A stretch of 64,000 nucleotides of DNA, taken from assembly GCA_965277285.1 (NCBI GenBank), contig OZ255721.1, forward strand, positions 1,120,001-1,184,000, read 5' to 3'. The stretch comes from Abditibacteriaceae bacterium. GTDB lineage: Bacteria > Armatimonadota > Abditibacteriia > Abditibacteriales > Abditibacteriaceae. Positions 9,751 through 18,502 of this stretch are shown one piece after another. Each line of letters starts with the position of its first letter. Position 1 is the stretch's first letter. Below the pieces are notes generated by a model. It ran no database searches. It saw nothing but the letters and a program-made list of their open reading frames with translations, and was not told the DNA's origin. A program made the translations under genes and the position numbers.

Positions 9751-11459
9751 AACGATTGTTCTGGTTGTGTATCGTGCTGGTATGCGGAACAGCCATGGCC
9801 GGGGCGGCAACACCGATTATGGTGCAAGATTTTGAAAGGCCTGCTGCGTTGCCCAAAGTGTGGGTCGTGGGAATTCCCAATGAGAATGCGACGGTCAAGT
9901 TGGCGACTGAACATCCGTTCCAAGGGCAACAATCGCTGAATCTCCATTATCGATTCACTGGCGCGGGGCAGTACTTAGGCGTGCCGATTCCCGTCAAAAT
10001 TCAGGCGCCAATTCATAGACTGCATTGGATGATGTATGGCGATAGCTCGAATTGTGGATACGGCCTTTATGTGATTGATAGCAGCGGTGAAACGCACAAG
10101 TATCGCAATCCAGCAACGATGAAGGTCGATTTCAAGGGCTGGAAAGAAATCGACATCGATCTGGACGCGCCCCACGAAACATGGGGTGGAGATAAGAACG
10201 GGAAAATCGATTATCCGATCACCGGCATCACCTTTGAAATCAGTCACGACGACAAGACGCCGGTGGAAAGCGATCTGTACTTCGATGCGCTAAGCGTCGA
10301 CTCAGACAAGAGCGCGGTAGAAACTTTGGGTAGCCAGGTGTCCGTGGTCGCGCCCGCCTACGGCGCGGATGTCAAAGGGAACACGCGCATTTTCCTGACA
10401 GCGCCCGGCTACCAACGCGTGACCGTGCATTGTTGGAAGCAAGGCGGCGTCTTTGGCTCCAACTCCACTGTTGCCACCGTTGTCCCCGACGCCAAAGGCA
10501 ACGGTTCATTCGTCTTTCCGGCCAACAATTATCCGCACGGGCCGATTACCGTGACGCTCACCGGTGAAAACGGCGGCTTCACGGATCACTGCTATCTCCA
10601 GCTTTATAACAAGGGCGGCGTTGCGTGGCACGAAGGAATGCCCAAAACTCCGCCAGCAGCGGCGGGCATGAAACTCCTTTTCGCCGATGACTTTAACGGG
10701 CCGCTTTCGATTTCGAGTACTGATTCCCACGTGACATACTACGCCCACAAGCCGCCCAACGGCAGCCAGGATTTCAGCACGCTGCCGTTTTCCGACTATG
10801 AATCGGCGAAGAATCCCTTTTTCCAGGTTGATTCTTATTTGCGTATCCGCGCCGATGAAAAAAAGAATAGTTCCGGCTTGTTGTCTTCGCTAAAGAATGA
10901 CGGAAGTGGTATCAAGGCTAAGCTCCCCTGCTATTTTGAATGCCGTTTTCTCGGCCCCAACGCTATCGGAACCTGGCCAGCTTTCTGGCTGCTGACCGAT
11001 TACATGACCGATGTAAAAAACGGGAAACCTGATAACGCGGTGCCGGTAGACGAACTGGACATCATCGAGGCTTATGGAGGCGAAGGCTTGCACGAGCCAA
11101 ACGCGTTCGACACCTACATGATTACACCTCACGCGTGGAATCAGGGCGAAGCTGGCAAGGCCGCTGAATCTCTATCGTTCAAAGCGATGAACAATCCGGC
11201 TTCCATGAAAAAATTGGGCATTCCGTCCACCTGGTATGAAGCTTTCCACACCTACGGCTGCAAGATCACTGCAACCGATACCATTTACTACTGCGACAAC
11301 ATCGAGGTCGGGCGGCACAAGACGCTGGAGGCTTCCAAGAAGTATCCGTTCTTTTTTCTCATCAACCTGGCGACAGGCGGTGGCTGGCCCGTCGATCTTT
11401 CGCGCTACGATGGCCGCGCCGATATGTATGTTGACTACGTGCGCGTTTATCAGGGATAA
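9747..11459 (+). CDS. Secreted glycoside hydrolase family 16 protein with N-terminal carbohydrate-binding-like domain
   Basis: Signal peptide MKRLFWLCIVLVCGTAMA; WPAFWLL, catalytic ELDIIE, INLATGG, MYVDYVRVYQ; AAGGAG upstream. Confidence 0.85.
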   Translation: MKRLFWLCIVLVCGTAMAGAATPIMVQDFERPAALPKVWVVGIPNENATVKLATEHPFQGQQSLNLHYRFTGAGQYLGVPIPVKIQAPIHRLHWMMYGDSSNCGYGLYVIDSSGETHKYRNPATMKVDFKGWKEIDIDLDAPHETWGGDKNGKIDYPITGITFEISHDDKTPVESDLYFDALSVDSDKSAVETLGSQVSVVAPAYGADVKGNTRIFLTAPGYQRVTVHCWKQGGVFGSNSTVATVVPDAKGNGSFVFPANNYPHGPITVTLTGENGGFTDHCYLQLYNKGGVAWHEGMPKTPPAAAGMKLLFADDFNGPLSISSTDSHVTYYAHKPPNGSQDFSTLPFSDYESAKNPFFQVDSYLRIRADEKKNSSGLLSSLKNDGSGIKAKLPCYFECRFLGPNAIGTWPAFWLLTDYMTDVKNGKPDNAVPVDELDIIEAYGGEGLHEPNAFDTYMITPHAWNQGEAGKAAESLSFKAMNNPASMKKLGIPSTWYEAFHTYGCKITATDTIYYCDNIEVGRHKTLEASKKYPFFFLINLATGGGWPVDLSRYDGRADMYVDYVRVYQG

Positions 11460-11497
11460 GTAGGAAATACAAAAGAACAACTTCGATGACAGGAAAA

Positions 11498-11731
11498 TCA
11501 TCCGAGCAGCGTATCGGCATTGCAGCGCCCGCCAGTGAGAAGTTGCGCGGTGGTATCGAGCGCCTGCGTCATCGCGCGGCGGCTGCCAAAGGCCAGCGAA
11601 GCGAGATACACCGATGGCGGGTGCTCCGACGCCAAAGGGCGAGAGATCGGCGCCAGGGTTTCAGCCGTCAACGTCTCCGGCGCGAGTACTGAAGAAGGGA
11701 CGGTTTCTGAAGGGAAGGCAAGAGTACTCAT
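11498..11731 (-). pseudogene. Probable N-terminal remnant of a tyrosine recombinase/integrase
   Basis: HPPSVYLASLAFGSRRAMTQALDTTAQLL resembles the N-terminus of XerC-like integrases; no catalytic domain follows. Confidence 0.5.
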
Positions 11732-11732
11732 C

Positions 11733-12209
11733 TTATGCCGAAAAATGGCGATTCAGTTGGGCCGTAAAGCGATTAATTACGGCTTGCACCAATTCATTCG
11801 TAACTGCGTTTATCATACGAATATTTGCTTCATAGTCGTCTTGGTTCTGCTCCGCTGTCAAAACTACGCGAAACGGTTGAGTGCTTTTGTTTTGTTTAAT
11901 GCCTTCCTGTTTCGATTTGCGGCCAGTTATATAAGTAAAGTCATGCTCCTCGATAATGTTTTTGAACTCGGCTGACAGGAAAGCCTGAACCATTTCCAGT
12001 TTAATTGCGTTCAGTTCTGGGTCTGTTGCGGCATTTGGACATTCGACGTGTAACTTAACGCTGTTCGGTTTGGCATGACTGATTTCCCAATGAACCCAAA
12101 AAAAGTCACGCCCCACGCTATGACTGCCCTTATTCTTCGACCAGTGCCAGCCTTGCCCGTAACCAAATATATACGGACCGTCTTTTGAGGCGCCATTTAC
12201 AAAAATCAT
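11733..12209 (-). CDS. Hypothetical protein (AT-rich)
   Basis: 158-aa ORF with AAAAGAG upstream of ATG; composition differs from the flanks. Confidence 0.6.
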   Translation of the reverse strand: MIFVNGASKDGPYIFGYGQGWHWSKNKGSHSVGRDFFWVHWEISHAKPNSVKLHVECPNAATDPELNAIKLEMVQAFLSAEFKNIIEEHDFTYITGRKSKQEGIKQNKSTQPFRVVLTAEQNQDDYEANIRMINAVTNELVQAVINRFTAQLNRHFSA

Positions 12210-12309
12210 TATTTTACTCTTTTGAACAGTGTGCCATCAATTTTATCACAGCTACGGCCACAGCCAAGAAATAGCGGACACAATGGACTGCGTTGCGGGT
12301 TAATAATGA

Positions 12310-12347
12310 AAAGCGCGCCCGAATCGAGTACTCGACGGGCGCGCTTT
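12310..12347. terminator. GC hairpin with A/T tails, built around the 12-bp palindrome
   Basis: aaagcgcgcccg-aa-tcgagtactcga-cgggcgcgcttt. Confidence 0.6.
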
Positions 12348-12422
12348 GGTGCGTGGACTTGACAGGTTTTCGCCGCGTGGATTCGTATAACTTTTCCTAT
12401 ACGAAAGACAATCATCTATTTG

Positions 12423-12452
12423 AAACTGGCCCACTTTTAGGGGGCAAGGTCA
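12423..12452. mobile_element. Possible isolated IS3-family terminal inverted repeat
   Basis: aaactggcccacttttagggggcaaggtca (reverse complement TGACCTTGCCCCCTAAAAGTGGGCCAGTTT) resembles IS3/IS150-type ends; no transposase nearby. Confidence 0.4.
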
Positions 12453-12722
12453 GTTAAAGCGGCTGGCTTTCATGCGGTTCTCCTTTGCCGTCTACTGTAA
12501 CGGGAGAACTCGCATTATCAATGGCATACTTTCTGGGTAGACACTTCTCTATCAGTAGAACCACAAGAAGATAGCGACATAAAGCGGCGGCGGTGGAATC
12601 CACACACCAGAATGATCAGATGTTGGGGAAAGCGGCGGGTCATTGACGATTGCTGCCCTGATTTATTTCGCTGTAGATCACAATCATAGACTGGGTTGCA
12701 ACCCGCACCACTGGTTATTTAG

Positions 12723-13388
12723 TCAGCGTTTGAGTGAAATACGCACATCGTGGCCAGCATGGGCCGACCAGTTTTTCAGCGTGAAAACGAGGTCTTTGAG
12801 CTTGGTATCCGGCGGCACCGCGAAGAGGACAGTCATGTTCTCCGCAGAACCGGGCAACAATGGCTTCGTTACCCAATCGCCCTTGGTTTGCATATCGTAG
12901 ATAATCGGCGGATAAGAGTTGGCGTCGAAATCCGTCAGCGCCGTTTGGGGGTCATCGGAGTAGCAGTCCAACTGCTCGACCTTGTTCTGCTGCCTGTTCT
13001 TGACCTGGCACTTGATCGCAATGAACGTATAACCAGCCTTTGGTGTGAAGGTATGCAGAGTGCTGTCAACTTCGGCGGCATCATGATACTTGGCGAAGTC
13101 CTGTTCGCTGTTGAGAACTTTCAAGGTGTATGTGTTGACCTGCTGCACATCCAGCACCTGAAAGCTCCACTTGCCATCGAAGAGAACCTGTCCGATCTTG
13201 CCATTCAGTCCTTCCACCTGATTTGCGCCACCCGCTGGTTTCTTCGGCGCATTTGGTTTGGCCTTGTTAGAGCCGGTAGATCTATTGTATGTCGTCGCTG
13301 CATGGCCGGTGAGGACTACGCTCAGGGCTACGCTCGCAGCCAGAAAGCACAGGACGTGCGTGTTGTATGAACATACTTTAAGTCGCAT
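12723..13388 (-). CDS. Secreted hypothetical protein (DUF4352-like Ig-fold)
   Basis: Signal peptide; LLPGSAENMTVLFAVP pattern; AAGGAG RBS. Confidence 0.65.
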   Translation of the reverse strand: MRLKVCSYNTHVLCFLAASVALSVVLTGHAATTYNRSTGSNKAKPNAPKKPAGGANQVEGLNGKIGQVLFDGKWSFQVLDVQQVNTYTLKVLNSEQDFAKYHDAAEVDSTLHTFTPKAGYTFIAIKCQVKNRQQNKVEQLDCYSDDPQTALTDFDANSYPPIIYDMQTKGDWVTKPLLPGSAENMTVLFAVPPDTKLKDLVFTLKNWSAHAGHDVRISLKR

Positions 13389-13484
13389 TGTTTCTCCTTC
13401 TACTCTTGCCTCATATCAAATTCAAGTGTCTGCAAGGAACGGGGTCTCTCGCTCTGGCGCCAGCAGAGCCTTCGCTTTGTTCAT

Positions 13485-14726
13485 TCAGGGGCGGCCCTGC
13501 CGGATGTTGTCGCGGATATACCTGAAGTAGAGATCGTTGGGATCCTTAGGCGCCTGGCCCGCCGCGCGCATCCCGGCAAACCATTGATCCACAATCGCGC
13601 CTTGTTGCTCGGTTCCAAAATCTCCCCACGGGCGACCGGGCGCGCCGTAGGCATACGCGCTGCCGCCGAACTGGTCATGCCCCTGAACCACGACGTCCTC
13701 ACAAAGGAGGCCGGGCAAAAACGTTCTGTTCTGGATTTGCCAGACATGAGTCAGTTCGTGAATCAGAAGTTGCCCTCGCACGGGGTAACTTTTGATAGGA
13801 GCCATCGGGGCGTTGAAGGAAGGCCCCAAGTTGACATAGATGTTTTTGTTGTCTATGCCGGGGATGGTAAACGCGCGCCCCCCAAGCCCAGCCAGGTTCG
13901 TCAGCCAGATTTTTTCCCTTGACGGCAGTGTGTTGCCGAAAACTGTCTCGGCAAAGGCGGCTTCCTGAACATTTAATCGGCGTTTCTGGATCAGCGCGTT
14001 GGTCACGGCACCGGCGGCCACGCCTGCGGGCACAGCTAGAACTAACGCTCCGCCCGATGCGAAAACCGCGATTCCGGCGATCAATCCAAATTCGCTGCCC
14101 AGGCCCAGATCGCCAAAGACCTGACCCATTTCTCGGCCCAGCCCGATTACGACTCCCAGCGCGCCACCTACAGTGTGCGTTCCGATATCCAACACGAACG
14201 AGGCGACATCTTGAACGGCGCCGATCACGCCCGTCGGCTTGTATTCCTTGGTCACAGCCAAGCTACCCGCCTTCACATCGGGCCAGAAGTCCTTGATAAA
14301 CGGATGCGAGCCTTCGATGTTACTATCGCTATTGCGGTTCTTATTGCCTACAACATGACCCTCGACATGACCGCTGTGCTGCAACGCGAAAGCCAAACCG
14401 TTGGTAGCGGTAAAGATGGCACGCACTTGAAAATCGTAGTCGGCGGCTCCGCTGTCGTGCAGATGAGAGTGCGCCTTGTAGGTGCCGTCGCTGCGGAGCG
14501 TCAGGTCAACCCATCCACGGAGCGCGGTTCCTGTTGGAGTCGTGATGTCGCCGTGAAAGTGAGCTTCCTCCAGAGGAGCGGCGGCTTCTGGCGGCGCTCC
14601 CAGCCCCCCCATGAGCGCCGTCAGGGAAACAGGCGCCGCCAAGCCGGAGCGTTGGGCGAGGGCGCGCGTGCTCATCGGCACGTCGTTGATGCCCGCAGCG
14701 CGGGCGGCTTCACGCAGGCTTTTCAT
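13485..14726 (-). CDS. HEXXH metallopeptidase-like protein (DUF4157-like C-terminus) with central hydrophobic glycine-rich segment
   Basis: LLIHELTHVWQ...EQQGAIV; RAFTIPG; AAAGGA RBS. Confidence 0.7.
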   Translation of the reverse strand: MKSLREAARAAGINDVPMSTRALAQRSGLAAPVSLTALMGGLGAPPEAAAPLEEAHFHGDITTPTGTALRGWVDLTLRSDGTYKAHSHLHDSGAADYDFQVRAIFTATNGLAFALQHSGHVEGHVVGNKNRNSDSNIEGSHPFIKDFWPDVKAGSLAVTKEYKPTGVIGAVQDVASFVLDIGTHTVGGALGVVIGLGREMGQVFGDLGLGSEFGLIAGIAVFASGGALVLAVPAGVAAGAVTNALIQKRRLNVQEAAFAETVFGNTLPSREKIWLTNLAGLGGRAFTIPGIDNKNIYVNLGPSFNAPMAPIKSYPVRGQLLIHELTHVWQIQNRTFLPGLLCEDVVVQGHDQFGGSAYAYGAPGRPWGDFGTEQQGAIVDQWFAGMRAAGQAPKDPNDLYFRYIRDNIRQGRP

Positions 14727-14763
14727 GATGATTTTCCTTTGGCCGGTTCAACCCGCCAAGCTG

Positions 14764-15957
14764 TTACTGCAAAGAAACCAGAATGGGAATAAGCCCTTGA
14801 CCTTCGGGCAGACCGCGCAAAGCTTTCCCCACGACGGCGCCGAACGCTTGAACTGGATCACCGGCTTTCATAGCGTGTCCGGGCGTATCGGAAGTGGTGA
14901 GCAAGTCGCCCGCTTCGATGGCGCCATAACGCGCATCGGCTTTGCAGAAGACCTTGCCCATCAAGGCGACGGGCTTGCGTGGGCGTCCGGTCGGTTTCTT
15001 GTCGAGAATCAGGCCCGGCTTGTAGTCGCCCGCCCCCGAAATGACGCCCGCCACGCGCTTGTCATACGCTTTCTGGCTCAGTTGCAGCGCGCCTTCTTCG
15101 CACAACACCATGACCGTGCCCGCCTCGATAGTTTCGGCGTCCACGATGTCGAAGTCTTCCGCGCAGTCCGCATTGATCAGGCGAATGTCTCCCGTTACTT
15201 CCACATCACCCTCGAAAAAACCGGCCCGGCCCTTCCCAGTCCCGGCTTTGGCATGAAGCGCCGTGCCGGTGTCGCTGTAAGCATCCACCCCGATGGGGCC
15301 ACTCCCTGTAACACCAGTACCATATGGCGAGGTTCCACGCACACCAACGCCTGTGTTTGATACGCCGTAAACGCCCGAATGTGTGTCGCTCTGGCCGCTA
15401 ACGCCTGTTCCGTTGGGGCTAATTCCCCTGATGGCCGTACCGTGACCCATGGATGCTGTGATAGCTGCCGCTTCGTGCGGGAGACTCTTTTGAAGACTGG
15501 CGAGATTAACAAAGAGGGGTGTCGAAGTCTCCTCAGTTGCTGCTGGTGTGGCATCTCCTTGTGCTTTCGCCGGTTTGGTGAGGGGCGTGATGACTGGCAG
15601 CAGGAACATCAACCCGCCCGCCATGACCATCTTCTGAATCATCGCGCGCCGCGAATCGTCGCTCGCACTAACTGGGTGTTGAACCGGGCTACTGAGCAAT
15701 TGGGCTTTGTCGAGCGTGTCCAGCGACAGCCAGACCAACTCCTCGTCGAGCGGTTGTTGCAGTTCAGCCGACAGCAACCGCGTGGTGTCCGCGATGGCTT
15801 GCTTCCCGTCGCAGTGACGCCACACCCACGCCGCCGTCGCGTTGAGACGATGCGCGCAGAAGTTCCTGGCATCGTAAACCAGCAGTCCCTCGTCCAGTTG
15901 CTCGATGAACAACTCGTCCTGTCGCGCTTTCGGCAATTTCCCGCTGTTGCTTTTCAT
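14764..15957 (-). CDS. PqqD/RRE-like domain + internal twin-arginine signal + Gly-rich beta repeats + C-terminal tail-spike chaperone-like domain
   Basis: aa 1-90 LLVYD..AHRLNATAAWVWRHCDG; SRRAMIQK-hydrophobic-AKAQ; GVxGxS repeats; ADCAEDF...VAGVIS...PVALMGKV...GDLLTTS; GGAG RBS. Confidence 0.72.
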   Translation of the reverse strand: MKSNSGKLPKARQDELFIEQLDEGLLVYDARNFCAHRLNATAAWVWRHCDGKQAIADTTRLLSAELQQPLDEELVWLSLDTLDKAQLLSSPVQHPVSASDDSRRAMIQKMVMAGGLMFLLPVITPLTKPAKAQGDATPAATEETSTPLFVNLASLQKSLPHEAAAITASMGHGTAIRGISPNGTGVSGQSDTHSGVYGVSNTGVGVRGTSPYGTGVTGSGPIGVDAYSDTGTALHAKAGTGKGRAGFFEGDVEVTGDIRLINADCAEDFDIVDAETIEAGTVMVLCEEGALQLSQKAYDKRVAGVISGAGDYKPGLILDKKPTGRPRKPVALMGKVFCKADARYGAIEAGDLLTTSDTPGHAMKAGDPVQAFGAVVGKALRGLPEGQGLIPILVSLQ

Positions 15958-16354
15958 AGTGACTCCGTTGTAATCTGTCTGCCAAATCCACGCCTCTTAG
16001 CTGTGAGGAGGTTTTGCACTGGAAAACGGGGAGAAGGCGATCATCACGTCAGTCGGGGCAGCGATCACGGCTGTAAACGTTGCGAACGCAACCAGCCGCA
16101 CGCTTTTCCACGTCGCAAATCAAGCAATTATGCGATACGTTTCCGACCGATGCGCGTAATCTTACTTTACCTTGGTAAACAGAACAAGTGCGGGGAGCTT
16201 GAGAAACCTCTAGATCTTCATTACATCAAGTGGAACAAACCGGGGCCACATCAAGCCAAAACCATTTCGCTGCTCGATTCTTGCAACTCCGCGTTCGTTC
16301 CTAACCCGTGCAACGCTTCAAACTTTTGTGCCATGAACGAACTGACCGCTGACC

Positions 16355-16663
16355 GTGATAGGCAGAGCCAAAGTCAAGCTCTTCGAGATGCGCCCGGTGA
16401 AGCAAACCAAAGTGCATCAAAAGGGCGACCTGGCCGAGCTTGTGTATTCGAACTCGCTCAAGTCGAACTCGCTTGACAAAGCGACGGGATTGACAAAGTG
16501 GGAAATGCAGCGGCTCGATTTGCTGATTTTACAAGCCGACGACGAAAGCGCGCTTGCGGTGGTCGGGCGAAGTTTGTGCAGCGTAACGTACCGGTTGGAA
16601 CAGCATCCGAACATCGAACTCGTGCGCGAAGAAGCGACGGAGATTTCCGTCTTCGCCTGCTAA
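16355..16663 (+). CDS. Hypothetical protein (start uncertain)
   Basis: ORF with host-like codon usage; no recognisable motif. Confidence 0.35.
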   Translation: MIGRAKVKLFEMRPVKQTKVHQKGDLAELVYSNSLKSNSLDKATGLTKWEMQRLDLLILQADDESALAVVGRSLCSVTYRLEQHPNIELVREEATEISVFAC

Positions 16664-16780
16664 GGATGCACCTTCTTTTCTCAAACTGGAAGCAAAGGCT
16701 CAATCAACTTCCACAACACATCGGAAATCACAAACTCTTGAACTGTAATCTCTTGGTTGTATGCGACACAGTTCATTACC

Positions 16781-17041
16781 CTATTCGGATAGATTCTTAT
16801 GTGAATCTTTCTTGCTCAACATTCTCTTCGCAAGACGAGGGGCATAGTTCCATACTATATTGACATTCACACCGATAAGTATGATGCGGAATAGGTTCGC
16901 GGGGTCTCCCATCCAATAGAACCCGAGCCAAACAGCAACCCTGATCTCAAGAACAGTGACAATGAGAGCGAGGATGAAAGCGACAATCCACGTTCCTACC
17001 AATACTAAAGACTTATTCATGGATAACTCATCATAATTCAA
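16781..17041 (-). CDS. Small hypothetical membrane protein
   Basis: Two hydrophobic stretches; AT-rich; start uncertain. Confidence 0.35.
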   Translation of the reverse strand: MNYDELSMNKSLVLVGTWIVAFILALIVTVLEIRVAVWLGFYWMGDPANLFRIILIGVNVNIVWNYAPRLAKRMLSKKDSHKNLSE

Positions 17042-17539
17042 CGGTTGCTGGGTTGAGTATGTGCGATGCGTTGCATTATCCCGCCAAATACTCCACCAAA
17101 CGCGCCTCTACCGATCGTTTCTTGATTGTTGGTGTTGAATTGGCGATCAAACCTGTCTGTCGCTGCCCTTCTAAACACGAAACTTTTCGCAATAGTGGCA
17201 AAAAGATTGATTTTCAATATTATTCAAGGCACCACCATCGTCACCAATTAACCGCAATAACAGCGAATGGTTCGACAGCCCTTCGATCATCGCCACAACG
17301 TGCTCACGCGCTGCTGGTCCCAAGTTCTGCATCAAGCGCCCAACATAAGCCGCTTCCAGCGCCACCACATCGTCGCGTGCCTCAATCGAGTACTCGATTG
17401 AGGCCCAGCCGCGCCGCCTGTTCTTCGTCCCACACAAACTGCGCTTCGTGCAAAACAAGCGACCGCTCGTAGGGCGAACAATTCAGCGAATGATCGCGCG
17501 GCGTTCTCAACGAAACGCAGTCATACTAAGCGCACCTTT

Positions 17540-18502
17540 ATGAAACTGATTTTTATGGGCACGCCCGCGCTGGCCGTCCCGTTTTTGGAACGTTTGCACA
17601 ACGAACACCAAATCGTCGCGGTGGTGACGCAGCCCGATAAACCTGCCGGACGCGGACGCAATTTGCAAGCGCCGCCGCCCAAAACTTGGGCGAACGAGTA
17701 CTCGATTCCAGTTTTGCAGCCCGAACGCGCGCGCAACGAAGCGTTTGTCGAAGAATTGCGCGCCTTCAACGCGGACGCGATTGCGGTTGTGGCTTACGGG
17801 CAAATTCTGCCGCGCGCGATTTTAGAAATGCCGCGTTTGGGTTGTCTCAACGCGCATTTTTCACTGCTTCCGCGTTGGCGTGGCGCGGCTCCTGTGCAGC
17901 ACGCGCTGATTTCCGGCGACACAACGACTGGCGTCACGATTCAGCACATGGCCGAAAAACTGGACGCGGGCGACATCGTTTTGCAACGCGAATACCGAAT
18001 TTCACCACAAGAGACGACCGGCGATTTATGGCAAGCCTTGACGCCGATTGGCGCGGACGCCTTGAGCGAAGCCCTGCATCAACTGGAAAATGGAACGGCT
18101 CAGCGCACGCCGCAAGATGAATCTCTGATTACTCTCGCGTCGCAACTCAAGCGTGAAGACGGGCTTCTTCATTGGAACGAAACAGCGCGCAATCTGGTGA
18201 ATCGCGTGCGTGGAACGAATCCATGGCCGGGCGCTTGGACAACTTTCAACGGCGCGATTTTGAAGGTTTGGCGAACGGAAGTCGTCAGCGATGCGTCGGG
18301 CGCAGCCGGAAAAGTTTTAGAAATTGACGCGCGCGGCCTCGTTATCGGCGCGGGAGAAAACGCGGTGCGTTTGCTGGAAGTTCAAGGCGAAGGTCGCCCA
18401 AAAATGAGCGCAGCAGATTGGGCGCGCGGCACACGCTTGGAACGCGGCCAAAACTTTGGCGAAGCTTCGTCGCAGATGGAACAAGGCGCGCTTCATGGAT
18501 GA
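17540..18502 (+). CDS. fmt: Methionyl-tRNA formyltransferase
   Basis: FMGTP, VVTQPDKPAGRG, HFSLLPRWRGAAP, KLDAGD. Confidence 0.95.
   Translation: MKLIFMGTPALAVPFLERLHNEHQIVAVVTQPDKPAGRGRNLQAPPPKTWANEYSIPVLQPERARNEAFVEELRAFNADAIAVVAYGQILPRAILEMPRLGCLNAHFSLLPRWRGAAPVQHALISGDTTTGVTIQHMAEKLDAGDIVLQREYRISPQETTGDLWQALTPIGADALSEALHQLENGTAQRTPQDESLITLASQLKREDGLLHWNETARNLVNRVRGTNPWPGAWTTFNGAILKVWRTEVVSDASGAAGKVLEIDARGLVIGAGENAVRLLEVQGEGRPKMSAADWARGTRLERGQNFGEASSQMEQGALHG

Noticed and set aside
12210..12720. Possible tRNA or structured ncRNA at the island boundary
   Set aside because: No cloverleaf or recognisable riboswitch by eye. An Infernal/tRNAscan search would be needed.
15379..16476. 365-aa plus-strand ORF
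   Set aside because: Mostly antisense to the RRE-spike gene, with no recognisable motifs.
17171..17458. 95-aa minus-strand ORF at the island edge
   Set aside because: No RBS or motif, and alternative frames are equally weak. It may be a decayed fragment, so I did not call it.
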